DNA of 64,000 nucleotides from a virus: positions 32,001 through 96,000 of the IMG/VR virus record IMGVR_UViG_3300044612_001255. One strand, 5' to 3'. Position 1 is the stretch's first letter. Each line of letters starts with the position of its first letter. The translations under genes and the position numbers were made by a program. The notes beneath the pieces were generated by a model, which did no database searches, was not told the origin of the DNA, and saw only the letters and a list, made by a program, of their open reading frames with translations. Of the stretch, positions 26,817 to 37,557 are shown piece after piece.

Positions 26817-29410
26817 TGGCAATCATTAGATATACCAAGGACGCAACCATACGATATGCCTATCTTAACATTTTCCCTGATCAATTCAAGACAGAGAAAG
26901 AAAAGCAGGATGAGAGTTGGGTGAAAAACACGATGGATTATTTCGCAAACAAGTCGTATGCGGAATACATGAAGAGTCGTGATACATTTGTTAAAAACTA
27001 TGACTTGGTGAAAGGAATTCTTCGTATGGAAGACTTCTACCAAGAGCCAGATGTAAAATCGTTTACAGAAATCTTACAAGCAGATTTAGGCTTACCAGCA
27101 TATGTTAAGCACTATTCTATTGTAACCACTCCTATTAATAACCTTGTAGGTGAAATATCTAAGCGTCCAGATACATTTCGTGTAAAGGCATTTGATGATG
27201 ATAGCCAGTCTGAAGAATTACAATTCAAGACAGATGTGCTACAAGAGTTTATTATCTCTAAAGCCAAAGAAGGCATAATGCAGAAACTAGCTATGCAAGG
27301 TCAAGAGATTGACGAAGAGCAGCTAGAACAAATGACAATGGAGCAAGTGAAGGATCAACTAGATTCTTACACCTCTGTAGCAGAGAAGTGGGCTAACCAC
27401 ATTCTAACATGCCAGAAAGCAGAATTCAATCTTAAAGAAAAGAGCGAAGATGCATTTAGAGATCTTCTTATTTCTGCTAGAGAGTTCTATCACATCTATG
27501 AAGATAACTCCAAACTTGGATTTAACATAGAAGTCGCCAACCCAAAGAACACATGGTTTTTAACAACACCAGATAGAAAGTGGATTTCTGATCCAACAGG
27601 AAGAAACCAAGGAGCGTATGCTGCTGGTACTGTGCAAGTTATGGAACTTTCTGAAATTATTGAATCAATTCCTGACCTCACTAAAGACGAGATTGATCAC
27701 CTAAGAAGCTCATTGCAAGACTACGGACTCATCAACGTTCGTGAATCTAATCTTGGTAATCCTAATGCTGCTGATGGTATTGACTCTATTCAATATGACA
27801 CATTCGATCCTCTTGTTCTTCAGACAAGAATGATGATTGAAAGTGAGATGAAAGAGAACAATGATGGACTAAAAGACTTCCTAGGACTAACAACAAACGT
27901 ATCTACATTTGGATATAAATATGTTGTTGTTAGATCATATTGGATTAGCAAAAGAAAGATTGGTAAACTTTCCTACCTTGATGAGATGGGTAATGAGCAA
28001 ACCGTTCTTGTTGATGAAAACTACAAATCAAACACTATTCCTACACAAATCTCTCTTGAATGGGGTTGGATTAACCAATGGTATCAGGGAACAAAGATTG
28101 GTCCAGATATCTACCACATCAAACCTCTTAAAATCCTTAACTATTGCCCTATTATAGGCACTACGTACGAGGTGAAGAACACAGAAGCTAAATCACTAGT
28201 AGATTTGATGAAGCCATTTCAAGTGTTGTACAACATTTGTATGAATCAGCTTTACAAACTCCTAGAGAAAGAAATTGGTAACGTAGCTTCTGTAAACATT
28301 AGACGTGTTCCTAGACTAAAAGATGGAGATGATCAAGATTCTCTTGACGTATGGGAAATGGAGGCAAGAGAGCGTGGTATTATATTTGATGATGACAGCC
28401 CAGAGAACACAAAGGCTGCTGTCTCTAACACCACCATTGCAAGAAACATAGACTTGACAAGAACAAACGAAATCCAGTCTAGATATAATCTTGCTCTTCA
28501 ATTGAAGAACGAATGCTGGGAACTTATAGGCATCTCTAGACAGCGTTTAGGAAGCGTACAAGCGAGCGAATCTGCCACAGGTGTCAACACAGCTGTCAGT
28601 CAGTCATATGCCCAGACAGAGCCCCTATTCATCGCACACGAGTATGTATTAGGTCAGTTATACCAAGCTATTGTAGATGCAGCACAATATATAGAAAGTG
28701 CTAAGCCAATGTCTACACTATCATACATTACATCAGAAGGAGAATCTGCATTTATACAAGTGAATGGTAATGATTTGAAGCTTCGTGATCTTAAAGTGTT
28801 TATTACAAATAGACCAGAGGATACACAAATGTTTAACGAGCTTCGTCAGCTATCTCAAGCAGTTATACAGAATGGTGGCACACTATATGATATAATAGAA
28901 TTGTATTCTACTAAGTCTATGAGAGAGATGAAGAAGACATTCAAAAATCTCAAGGATCGTCAACAGATGATGCAAGACCAGCAGATGCAACAACAGCAGC
29001 AACAGCTTGAGCAACAACAACAAATTGCAGCTGCTCAGATGCAGGCTCAACAACAGCAGCAGCAAGAAATGTTAGCTAACCAAAACTATCAGCAAGAACT
29101 TGATAGAATTAATAAGAAAGAAATAGCTCTTATTAATGCAGCTGCGAGAGGAGAAGCGGCAACACAAGATGTTGATGAGTCAGGCACTGCTGATATACTA
29201 GAGATATCAAACTTGTCTATGCAGCAGTCTAAAGCAGCTCAAGATTATCAATTGAAGATGCAAGACATTCAATCTAAAAACACTCAAGCTATGCAGAAGC
29301 TACAACTTGAAAAAGAAAAGATAAATGTTGCTAGAGAGAATATGAAGAATGATGTTGAAGTGGCTAAAATAAATGCTTCTAATAGAGCATCTAAAAGCAA
29401 TAAGAAATAA
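26816..29410 (+). CDS. portal protein (crAss-like)
   Basis: 864 aa after TerL; HYSIV..PIN.LVGE..KRP, SLVDLMKPFQVLYN, GISRQRLG; Q-rich C-terminal coiled coil. Confidence 0.85.
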   Translation: MAIIRYTKDATIRYAYLNIFPDQFKTEKEKQDESWVKNTMDYFANKSYAEYMKSRDTFVKNYDLVKGILRMEDFYQEPDVKSFTEILQADLGLPAYVKHYSIVTTPINNLVGEISKRPDTFRVKAFDDDSQSEELQFKTDVLQEFIISKAKEGIMQKLAMQGQEIDEEQLEQMTMEQVKDQLDSYTSVAEKWANHILTCQKAEFNLKEKSEDAFRDLLISAREFYHIYEDNSKLGFNIEVANPKNTWFLTTPDRKWISDPTGRNQGAYAAGTVQVMELSEIIESIPDLTKDEIDHLRSSLQDYGLINVRESNLGNPNAADGIDSIQYDTFDPLVLQTRMMIESEMKENNDGLKDFLGLTTNVSTFGYKYVVVRSYWISKRKIGKLSYLDEMGNEQTVLVDENYKSNTIPTQISLEWGWINQWYQGTKIGPDIYHIKPLKILNYCPIIGTTYEVKNTEAKSLVDLMKPFQVLYNICMNQLYKLLEKEIGNVASVNIRRVPRLKDGDDQDSLDVWEMEARERGIIFDDDSPENTKAAVSNTTIARNIDLTRTNEIQSRYNLALQLKNECWELIGISRQRLGSVQASESATGVNTAVSQSYAQTEPLFIAHEYVLGQLYQAIVDAAQYIESAKPMSTLSYITSEGESAFIQVNGNDLKLRDLKVFITNRPEDTQMFNELRQLSQAVIQNGGTLYDIIELYSTKSMREMKKTFKNLKDRQQMMQDQQMQQQQQQLEQQQQIAAAQMQAQQQQQQEMLANQNYQQELDRINKKEIALINAAARGEAATQDVDESGTADILEISNLSMQQSKAAQDYQLKMQDIQSKNTQAMQKLQLEKEKINVARENMKNDVEVAKINASNRASKSNKK

Positions 29411-29477
29411 TAAAATATGGAAAAATTAACATTAATGCTATACGTATCAAAAAAACAACAATTTTGATTATTCCCTA

Positions 29478-29508
29478 TTTGATTATTTTACAAACGAAAG
29501 TACATTTA
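29478..29508 (+). promoter_or_regulatory. Bacteroidota-type promoter variant upstream of scaffold/MCP
   Basis: TTTG (29478-81) - 19 nt - TACATTTA (29501-08). Confidence 0.5.
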
Positions 29509-29543
29509 TATCATACAAACCAATCAAATAATTAACTACATAT

Positions 29544-30785
29544 ATGGCAGACAACCTAGACACTCCGTCATTTGGTAACTTCGGTATTGAAGATACTATG
29601 GAAATGGGGATAGGTAACACACAGTTGTTGGACGATTTGTTTTCTCCAGAAACTTCTACAGAAGATCCTGATAAGTTAGAAACAATCATAAAGACAGCAG
29701 ATGAACCAAAAGCTCCTAAAAAACCAGAAGTATCAAAAGGTAAAGAAGTTGTCCAAAAGCTAGATGGTGAGGAAACCACTCAACAAGATGTTTTAAAAAA
29801 CTTTCTTGGAGATGATGAAGACGAAGAATCAGAAGAAGATGATGTTGTAACACCACCAACCAAAGCTAAAGCAGAAGCTGAAGAAGAGGAAGACGATGTT
29901 GCAGAATCACCATTTGTTTCTTTATCGAAGGACCTTTTCAAACTTGGTGTTTTTACACAAGATGATGATGAAGAGGATACAGTTATTGAAACACCAGAAC
30001 AATTCCTGGAAAAATTCAATGCAGAGAAGAAGAAAGGTGCAATCGAGATTGTTGACAACTTCATTAGTCAGTTTGGAGAAGATTACCAAAAAGCGTTTGA
30101 TGCCATATTTGTAAAAGGAGCAGATCCTAAAGATTATTTTGGCGTATATAACAATGTAGTGAGCTTTGCTGAATTGGATTTGTCAGTTGAAGACAACCAA
30201 GTTAGAGTTATCAAACAAGCCTTGACAGATCAAGGATTCGATAATGAAGATGTCACTACAGAAATTGAAAGACTTAGAAACTACGGTGATTTAGAAACAG
30301 TTGCTAGCAAGCATCACAAAGTGCTTGTTAAGAAGGAAGCAGCAAAGTTGCAACAGATGGAGCAACAAGCTGAACAACAACTTCAGCAGAAAGCAATGGT
30401 TCGAAATCAGTATATTCAAAACGTTCAGTCTGTCCTCCAAGACAAATTGAAAACAAAGGAGTTTGATGGAATTCCATTAAACCCCAAATTGGCATCAGAA
30501 CTACAAGACTTCCTTTTGGTAGACAAGTACAAAACTCCTTCAGGTGAAACCCTGACAGATTTTGACAAGACTATCCTGGAACTTAAGAGACCTGAGAACC
30601 ACGCTGCAAAAGTTAAGCTGGGACTTCTTCTTAAGATTTTAGAAAAAGATCCTACGTTATCTACCATACAAAGAACAGGAGTGACTAAGAAGTCAACCCA
30701 GTTGTTTGAGGAAGTTGCGAGACAGACTAGTAAAAAACCTGGTTCTGGTGGCAATTCTGGAAAAGCGAACTCATGGTTCTTATAA
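29544..30785 (+). CDS. putative capsid scaffolding protein
   Basis: highly acidic N-terminus, coiled-coil, between portal and MCP. Confidence 0.6.
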   Translation: MADNLDTPSFGNFGIEDTMEMGIGNTQLLDDLFSPETSTEDPDKLETIIKTADEPKAPKKPEVSKGKEVVQKLDGEETTQQDVLKNFLGDDEDEESEEDDVVTPPTKAKAEAEEEEDDVAESPFVSLSKDLFKLGVFTQDDDEEDTVIETPEQFLEKFNAEKKKGAIEIVDNFISQFGEDYQKAFDAIFVKGADPKDYFGVYNNVVSFAELDLSVEDNQVRVIKQALTDQGFDNEDVTTEIERLRNYGDLETVASKHHKVLVKKEAAKLQQMEQQAEQQLQQKAMVRNQYIQNVQSVLQDKLKTKEFDGIPLNPKLASELQDFLLVDKYKTPSGETLTDFDKTILELKRPENHAAKVKLGLLLKILEKDPTLSTIQRTGVTKKSTQLFEEVARQTSKKPGSGGNSGKANSWFL

Positions 30786-30810
30786 ATTAAATAAAACAAA
30801 GTAAAAAACA

Positions 30811-32364
30811 ATGGCAATTCAAACAATCCCAGGTTTAACTGGCTTTACCTATGCCCGTGTTGCGTCAATGGACAAACGTGCTGTAGGAAAGCTAACTGAT
30901 TCAAATCACTTGGAGTCATTTCACTCTACTGAGCCAGCTGATTATGACAAGAAGATTATCTCCTTGTACACTCAGAGCTCATTGTATAGCAATGACTTCC
31001 TTGATATGATCAACAAGTCCACTCCCTATTACATCGACAACAACAGCGATTCTTGGAAGTGGGATGTTCAAGTTCCTTACAAATTCCCTAAAATCATCGA
31101 CATCCCTAGCTCTACTGCTGAGTTGAGCAAGCCAGGTATTGATGGCCAGGAGTTTCAGGTGGTATTGGACACTAACGAATTCTCTAAGAACGCTATCGTT
31201 TCTGTAGGTTCTCGTCAGTATGGTCCAAGATGGTACGCTGTAAAAGATCCAGTTCCATGGAATGCAGGCTTCCTTTACACTTTCACATTGGTGTCTGATA
31301 ACCCAATCATGGATTTTGTAAGCTCTACTTTCTTGCAAATTGGTATCGAACTAGAACTAGTTGATGCTGCAATTGGTGAATTTGATCAGGACCTTCTTGG
31401 ATTACCAAGACTTGGTGAGAAAATCACTATGTTCGAATCTCTTGGTTCTGGATATGGTTTTGAGCACCAAGTTACTGCATGGGCTGATGATAAGACTATG
31501 CGTGATGCTTCTGGTAAACCTCTTGATATTTTGGTGTACGCTCCTCAGCGTAGAAACCAACTTCCTTTAACTCGTAATGATGTTAAGTGGGAGCCATTCG
31601 TAGAATTCATGTTAAGAAAAGCAATGCTTGAACTTAAGGTGAAGCGAATGATCTGGTCTAAGCCAGGCACTGTAAAAACTAATGGATCTAAGCAAGAATT
31701 GAAGCGTGTGTCTGCTGGTGTTTACCACAGAATGCGTAACAATGGTAACTTGGTACAATACAACCGTGGAGAATTCTCCGCAAACCTTATCCGTTCCGTA
31801 TTTGGAGACTTGTTCTACAGACGTGTGGATGTTAAGGATAGAAGAGTTAAAATGTACACTAACGAAGCTGGCTTCGATGTGTTCCAGCAGGCTCTTAAAA
31901 CAGATGCTTTGAACTCTGGTCTTACTTTCATGGCAGATAGCGGTAACCGTTACATGCAAGGAGAAGGACAGCACATCACTTACAACTTTGCATTCGATGC
32001 AATGGTAACTCGTGAGACTGGTCGTGTTGAACTTATCCACTTGAAAGAACTTGATCTTCCTCAATCCAACTTGGAATTTGGACAGAACAAGAAGTCCACT
32101 CCTGTGTTCATGGTATTTGACGTATCTCCAATGTCTGATGGCTCTATGGTTAACAACATTCGTGAAGTACGTATGAAGGGTGCTCCTTCTATGACTTGGG
32201 GCTATATCGATGGACGTAGACACCACTTAGGCTTTGCTAAGTCTCAGGGTATGTCTTCTGCCAACAAATTCCCAGGCTATGAAATCTGGATGCAAGATCG
32301 TTGCGATGTATTCATCGAAGACTTGTCACGAACTGTTCTCATCGAAGAGATTCCACAGTTCTAA
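30811..32364 (+). CDS. major capsid protein (crAss-like)
   Basis: 517 aa, optimised codons, A-rich leader, followed by a strong terminator; synteny TerL-portal-scaffold-MCP. Confidence 0.85.
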   Translation: MAIQTIPGLTGFTYARVASMDKRAVGKLTDSNHLESFHSTEPADYDKKIISLYTQSSLYSNDFLDMINKSTPYYIDNNSDSWKWDVQVPYKFPKIIDIPSSTAELSKPGIDGQEFQVVLDTNEFSKNAIVSVGSRQYGPRWYAVKDPVPWNAGFLYTFTLVSDNPIMDFVSSTFLQIGIELELVDAAIGEFDQDLLGLPRLGEKITMFESLGSGYGFEHQVTAWADDKTMRDASGKPLDILVYAPQRRNQLPLTRNDVKWEPFVEFMLRKAMLELKVKRMIWSKPGTVKTNGSKQELKRVSAGVYHRMRNNGNLVQYNRGEFSANLIRSVFGDLFYRRVDVKDRRVKMYTNEAGFDVFQQALKTDALNSGLTFMADSGNRYMQGEGQHITYNFAFDAMVTRETGRVELIHLKELDLPQSNLEFGQNKKSTPVFMVFDVSPMSDGSMVNNIREVRMKGAPSMTWGYIDGRRHHLGFAKSQGMSSANKFPGYEIWMQDRCDVFIEDLSRTVLIEEIPQF

Positions 32365-32372
32365 TATAAAAT

Positions 32373-32406
32373 CTCCCCTCGTGTCAATCATGAGGGGAGT
32401 TTTATT
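32373..32406 (+). terminator. terminator after MCP
   Basis: CTCCCCTCGTG-tcaat-CATGAGGGGAG then TTTTATT. Confidence 0.8.
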
Positions 32407-32496
32407 CCTCTTTAAAACAGAGTGTGGGTCAGTGAGCCTAGCCATTTGATTGGTGCACTCTGCAAAACAAACCAATAATAATCAAATAACTACGTA

Positions 32497-33465
32497 ATGG
32501 GTAAATTAGGGAAAATCTCCACGATTAAGAAGGAGTACAACAGTTCTGGCATGCAAACTATGCAAGGAGGATTATCACAAAGAGGGCTATCAAGAATTCC
32601 AGGAACTGGAGTTTTTAAATATCCTTACAAGGAACTTGATGGAAGATACAGAACAGGCTTAGATGCTGATGCTGCTTACATCAAAAGAATTGCTGATCCT
32701 ACAGAGCGTGAGCTAGAAATTGAGCGTGTAACAGAATTAAGAGAGAAGCTTGAGAATGCTCTAGGAGGAATAGATCTTGGACCAAGAGCTATTTTCTGGA
32801 ACTACGGTTTATCAAAGTCTACAGACGACACTACTCATGTGCAAACTGTAAAACTTCTTGATGGTGACAACTACTTCGATTTAACAGTGCCTTTTCAAGA
32901 ACTTGCTTTCTCTTGGTTGAGAGTTCATCCAACAGTTGCTAGTTCTTACCAAGCATGGGAAAGAGGTGACTATCCAGCAGATACACAATTCTACGTTGTA
33001 GATGATGATATCGAAAATGCTGTAATCTTCAAGAAGAAGCAATTGATCAACAAGGCAATCTCCAAGTTTGATACAATGACTCCTGAGAAGAAAAGAAAAG
33101 TTGCAAGACTTTTAGGACTTCCAGTTACAGAAGATTCCAAAGAAGATTTTGTATATAATCAAGTGGATAATATTCTCAAGCAGACTGAATTCAAAGCTGG
33201 TAAATACCAAGGATTGTCAACAATCGAAGTGTTTAACAGATTTGCAGACATGAAGGAAAATTTACTCCATATCAAAGATTTGGTTAAGCAAGCTATTGCA
33301 CATTCAGTTTACAGAGTTAAGTCCAGCGGACGTGTCTTTGAAGGTGAATTTGAACTAGCAAAAGATGAAGAAGAGTTGGTGAAGTTCTTAGCTAATGATG
33401 ATAATCAAGACGAACTAATCACTCTAGAACAAAAGTTGAAATCTAAGAAACTCGCTTCTGTATGA
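32497..33465 (+). CDS. conserved crAss-like protein downstream of MCP
   Basis: 322 aa, position in the conserved capsid gene block. Confidence 0.6.
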   Translation: MGKLGKISTIKKEYNSSGMQTMQGGLSQRGLSRIPGTGVFKYPYKELDGRYRTGLDADAAYIKRIADPTERELEIERVTELREKLENALGGIDLGPRAIFWNYGLSKSTDDTTHVQTVKLLDGDNYFDLTVPFQELAFSWLRVHPTVASSYQAWERGDYPADTQFYVVDDDIENAVIFKKKQLINKAISKFDTMTPEKKRKVARLLGLPVTEDSKEDFVYNQVDNILKQTEFKAGKYQGLSTIEVFNRFADMKENLLHIKDLVKQAIAHSVYRVKSSGRVFEGEFELAKDEEELVKFLANDDNQDELITLEQKLKSKKLASV

Positions 33466-34193
33466 TACCTGTAGATAGTTTATTATATAAAATTGATCAA
33501 AAACTAAATAAACTATCAACTAATGAGCATCAGCAGATTCAACTCGAAGATAAAGTACTTGCGCTTAACGAAGCTCAAATAAAGCTCATCAAACAAAAGG
33601 TTGATGGATTTAGTGTTGTTAGTGGTATGGGATTGGACTCTTTTAAAAAGCGTTACGAAGACCTACAAAGACTTGTAATTAATTACAATGTTGGCGTGTT
33701 AAATCTTCATCTCAAAAACCAAAAATTAAATCAGTGGGCAGCTGATATTGATTTACTTGATCCAAAGTACATGTTCTACATTGACAGTTATGTTTTAGCT
33801 GACAAGGGCGTGTGTAAGGATCGACAAATTTGGATAAATAAAGATTTGGCAAAACATGGTGATTTGCAGTTCTTATTGAACAACATTCACTATAAGCCAT
33901 CGTTCGAATATCAAGAGACATTTAATTTTATCTCCTCAGATGAAATTAGTATATTCACAGACGGAACGTTCACTCCATCTGCAATATACATCTCTTATAT
34001 GAGATACCCCATCTACATTGATAAGGCAGGCTACATCAAGTTTGACGGTCAACCATCTACGGATGTTAATTGTGAACTTGAAGCCTATCTGGAAGACGAG
34101 TTAGTTGATTTAACTGTCCAGAATTTAGCAATGTATACAGAGAATGCAGCTGCGGTACAGAGTGCCCAGTTCAGAATACAAACAAATGAATAA
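33462..34193 (+). CDS. tail ring/adaptor protein
   Basis: LNEAQ...FKKRYEDL..L, YMRYP, CEL...DELVD pattern of crAss ring proteins. Confidence 0.6.
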   Translation: MIPVDSLLYKIDQKLNKLSTNEHQQIQLEDKVLALNEAQIKLIKQKVDGFSVVSGMGLDSFKKRYEDLQRLVINYNVGVLNLHLKNQKLNQWAADIDLLDPKYMFYIDSYVLADKGVCKDRQIWINKDLAKHGDLQFLLNNIHYKPSFEYQETFNFISSDEISIFTDGTFTPSAIYISYMRYPIYIDKAGYIKFDGQPSTDVNCELEAYLEDELVDLTVQNLAMYTENAAAVQSAQFRIQTNE

Positions 34194-34222
34194 ATAAACT
34201 TAAAAAACAAAAAACAAAAAAA

Positions 34223-35401
34223 ATGGCTGATTTCTCGTTAACCACCCTTTTTGTAGTTCCAGTAGGGCAAACTTCGCTCCCTAGTTCTGGTTCTACTCAG
34301 GATCTAACCGCTGGTCAAGTTGGTTTTTTCAGAAACGATTATAGTATTGCTACAGCTGGTAACATTGCAGCTGCGCCATACTTCTATGTAGCTCAAGGTA
34401 GACAAAACACCTACCTACAAGGCTCTAAGCGTTCTGATAAAATCAAGGGTTGTCCTTCTGGTTCAGGTTGCTCATCTAACGTAACTGAATGGTACAAAGT
34501 ATCAGGTTGCGGTACTCCTGCTGTCCAAATCACTGATGTGACTAATTGGAACGTACAGTGTGGAGAAGTTGTGACTCTTACTCTAAGAGGTCACTCTAGT
34601 TATCTTGACACCTTGTATTTCAACGGTTTCACCCGTTCAGTAACTGTACAAGCTCCTTGCTGTGATTGTGGTGCTGATCCTTGTGCTGACGTTAACACTA
34701 ACGCATTGATCAACCAGTTCATTTATCAATTGAACCTTGCAGCCCCTGGTAACAACCCTGACAACATTACATTGTCTGATTTCTATACTTTCGAAAACGT
34801 AGGTGGAACTATCCTTCGTATTTCTGGTAAGCCTCTTACTAAGTATGGTCAGCCTTGTGATATTGCTGCATTCCCTTGGGAATATGACAGAATGTACTTC
34901 CGTACTTTTGTATATCAAGGTCCTGCTACCACTGCTGACTTCATTGTTGCTGACAACTGTGATATCGTAGCTGACCCTGTTGTTGTTCAGAGATCTTCTT
35001 ACCCAACTGGTACTGCTGAAGAAATTGCTCAGCTTGAGAAGAACTTCTACAGCTATCAGGCTGGTTACTTGAAGCATTTGTTCAGAATGAATGGATACAA
35101 CGAGAACTTTGAGACTTATGTAAGCACTGGTACCATTTATGATACTTATTACATCAAGTTCAATCAGTATGATCGTTCTGCATATCAGTGGGGTGATTAC
35201 ATCTATGAGGATAGCATGGTAATTCTTGCTGCTCCTAATGCTGCCACTGTAGGTAATGCTGGTATTGCTGCTGCTGTGGAAGCCGTTCTTGAAGCTGCTC
35301 TTGGTACTGTAGTTGACAACAATGTTTGTATCACTACTACTACCACTACAACTTCTACGCCTCCAACAACTACTACCACTACTAGTACTTTAATTCCTTA
35401 A
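34223..35401 (+). CDS. abundant structural protein, probable auxiliary capsid protein, with poly-Thr tail
   Basis: optimised codons, long A-rich leader, downstream terminator, synteny; C-terminal TTTTTTTSTPPTTTTTTST. Confidence 0.55.
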   Translation: MADFSLTTLFVVPVGQTSLPSSGSTQDLTAGQVGFFRNDYSIATAGNIAAAPYFYVAQGRQNTYLQGSKRSDKIKGCPSGSGCSSNVTEWYKVSGCGTPAVQITDVTNWNVQCGEVVTLTLRGHSSYLDTLYFNGFTRSVTVQAPCCDCGADPCADVNTNALINQFIYQLNLAAPGNNPDNITLSDFYTFENVGGTILRISGKPLTKYGQPCDIAAFPWEYDRMYFRTFVYQGPATTADFIVADNCDIVADPVVVQRSSYPTGTAEEIAQLEKNFYSYQAGYLKHLFRMNGYNENFETYVSTGTIYDTYYIKFNQYDRSAYQWGDYIYEDSMVILAAPNAATVGNAGIAAAVEAVLEAALGTVVDNNVCITTTTTTTSTPPTTTTTTSTLIP

Positions 35402-35430
35402 TAGTAGGTAAGTTAAAATTTCTAAAACCT

Positions 35431-35480
35431 ATGCCAGAGGATGAGAGGATTAGTTCTCAAAGTCCTCTGGCATTTTATTT
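35431..35480 (+). terminator. terminator after auxiliary capsid gene
   Basis: ATGCCAGAGGA...TCCTCTGGCAT followed by TTTATTT. Confidence 0.75.
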
Positions 35481-35489
35481 ATAACTCCC

Positions 35490-36056
35490 ATGCCAACTCT
35501 GAATTTAGATATTCTTGTAGTTCCAACATACAGCACGTTAACACTTGCTGTTGCGGATGCATCCACATATCCAACTACACCACCAAACGTTACATCTCCA
35601 TCTATTGAGATAAATGTTCCTAACTTTGGGATAGTAAATCTTCCATTTGTTGTTAATTCGTTGAATGTATTTACAAGTTCTAACTTAGGAATTTCAACAG
35701 TTACTAACGATCCACTTCCTGATGGTATTTACTATCTAAAGTATTCAGTGGCTCCAGCAAACGTAAACTTTGTTGAAAGGACAATCATGCGTGTAGAAAG
35801 ACTTCAAGAGAAGTTTGATGGAGCGTTTATGAGACTTGATATGATGGAGTGTGATAGAGCGATTAAAACACAATCTAAGGTGGAGCTTACAACTATATCA
35901 TTCTTTATTAATGGAGCTTTAGCAGCCGCAAATAATTGTGCTACAGTTGAAGCAAATAGATTGTATCTTCAAGCTGATAAAATGTTGAACAACTTCTTAA
36001 GAAATAACTGTGGATGTTCAGGAAATAATTATGCAACAGTAACAACGTATTACTAA
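35490..36056 (+). CDS. putative tail hub/fibre attachment protein
   Basis: LPDGIYYLKYSV Ig-like N-terminus, helical C-terminus ending CGC; synteny. Confidence 0.5.
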   Translation: MPTLNLDILVVPTYSTLTLAVADASTYPTTPPNVTSPSIEINVPNFGIVNLPFVVNSLNVFTSSNLGISTVTNDPLPDGIYYLKYSVAPANVNFVERTIMRVERLQEKFDGAFMRLDMMECDRAIKTQSKVELTTISFFINGALAAANNCATVEANRLYLQADKMLNNFLRNNCGCSGNNYATVTTYY

Positions 36057-36057
36057 T

Positions 36058-36186
36058 ATGGCAAAGTGTTCAAGATGCGGAGCAAGTGTTGGATGTGGAT
36101 GTAATCTTAAAAACGGAATGTGTGCATTTTGTGCACAGAAGAAGAAGGATGAAATTACAGTTGTTCCACCATCAGATAAAAATTAA
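36058..36186 (+). CDS. 42-aa Cys-rich peptide (not in ORF track)
   Basis: MAKCSRCGASVGCGCNLKNGMCAFCAQKKKDEITVVPPSDKN; fills the gap exactly. Confidence 0.65.
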   Translation: MAKCSRCGASVGCGCNLKNGMCAFCAQKKKDEITVVPPSDKN

Positions 36187-36191
36187 AAGAA

Positions 36192-36458
36192 ATGTTACAA
36201 CCTAGACTAACCTCTTGTCCTGAATGTGTTGATATTCCAACATTATTAGGGGATATTGAATGCAAGATTACAGAAGTTGCAAAGAATCTTTACAATAACA
36301 CTGTATTTGCATTGAATATGCCCATACCATTTACAACAATGATAGATCTTCTAAACTATAGAAGAATCTTGACATATAAGTATTGTAACCCAGATTACGC
36401 TAGTCAATTTAGCGTATGTCAAATAGCTAGTAAAGTAAAACTTCTAAAATATAAATAA
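36192..36458 (+). CDS. small structural protein (putative tail hub)
   Basis: 88 aa in the tail block. Confidence 0.5.
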   Translation: MLQPRLTSCPECVDIPTLLGDIECKITEVAKNLYNNTVFALNMPIPFTTMIDLLNYRRILTYKYCNPDYASQFSVCQIASKVKLLKYK

Positions 36459-37553
36459 ATGAGCTGCTCTAATTGCTTTAATGGATGCACAGAAATCATA
36501 TCTGATCAGTGCGTAAGATATACAGGATTTAATATTCCTGCCCTTGGTATTTCCAATGGTGATACACTTGCCCATGTTGAATTACAAATTTCAACATTCA
36601 TAATAGATTTGTCTACAGGTAATGGGATTATTCCTGTTATCGATCCAGCCGATCTCTGCTCATTGGTGAGTGGGTTTCTTCCAGTGTCTGGTGACATTAC
36701 TCTCAATGATGTTATATCAGCATTGATTCGATCAATTTGCGCTTTAAAAACCAGTGTTACAGCAATTGAATCAACACTCACCACCCTTAATGCCAATTAC
36801 ACAATTGGATGTCTTACAGGTGTAACATCATCGTCTGATACACACGACATTCTCCAAGCAGCTATTAACAAGTTGTGTTCAACAGCTACTGATCTAACAG
36901 CACTAGAAATTGATGTTGATACAAACTATGTTAAGCTTGTTGATTTAAATGCGCTCATTCAAGCATATTTGAATAGTATTGCTCCATCTAACTTGTACAA
37001 GAACAACATGGTACCATACATTGCTTATGAGTACTATGGTCCTCTTACAGGTTTTGATGTTACAGGAGCAGGTTCTGGACAATTTATAGATGTGTATTTG
37101 TGTAATGGTAGTAATGGTACACCAGACAAAAGGGGACGTGTTGCTGTAGGAACTACAGATGGAAGTATGGCTGGAAGTATACCAATGAGTTCTATAGTTA
37201 ATCCATCTACAGCAGGTAATCCAAGTTATTCACTATTTGGTTTAGCAGGTTTGAATAATGTGACCTTATCAGCTACTCAAATCCCTTCTCACACCCACAT
37301 AGCAACAACCAGTATTGTAGATCCTGGGCATGATCATACATTAGCTTACAAAAAAGGTCAAGCTGATCAAAATGAAAGTGGTGTGTCTGGTACATTGTTG
37401 GACATGACACTTCCTAAAACACTTTCGACTATTACAAATAACAACAAAACAGGAATAATAGTTAGTGTTACAAATTCATCGACAGGTGGAGGATTAAGTC
37501 ATAATAACATCCAACCTACAATAGGTGCATATTACATCATGTACATCCCATAA
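36459..37553 (+). CDS. tail fibre with tail-collar domain
   Basis: YLCNGSNGTPDKRGRVAVG...VTLSATQIPSHTH...GGGLSHNNIQP collar signature. Confidence 0.8.
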   Translation: MSCSNCFNGCTEIISDQCVRYTGFNIPALGISNGDTLAHVELQISTFIIDLSTGNGIIPVIDPADLCSLVSGFLPVSGDITLNDVISALIRSICALKTSVTAIESTLTTLNANYTIGCLTGVTSSSDTHDILQAAINKLCSTATDLTALEIDVDTNYVKLVDLNALIQAYLNSIAPSNLYKNNMVPYIAYEYYGPLTGFDVTGAGSGQFIDVYLCNGSNGTPDKRGRVAVGTTDGSMAGSIPMSSIVNPSTAGNPSYSLFGLAGLNNVTLSATQIPSHTHIATTSIVDPGHDHTLAYKKGQADQNESGVSGTLLDMTLPKTLSTITNNNKTGIIVSVTNSSTGGGLSHNNIQPTIGAYYIMYIP

Positions 37554-37557
37554 AACT

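Noticed and set aside
28960-29100. CAG/CAA repeat as a separate repeat element
   Set aside because: It encodes the Gln-rich coiled-coil C-terminus of the portal.
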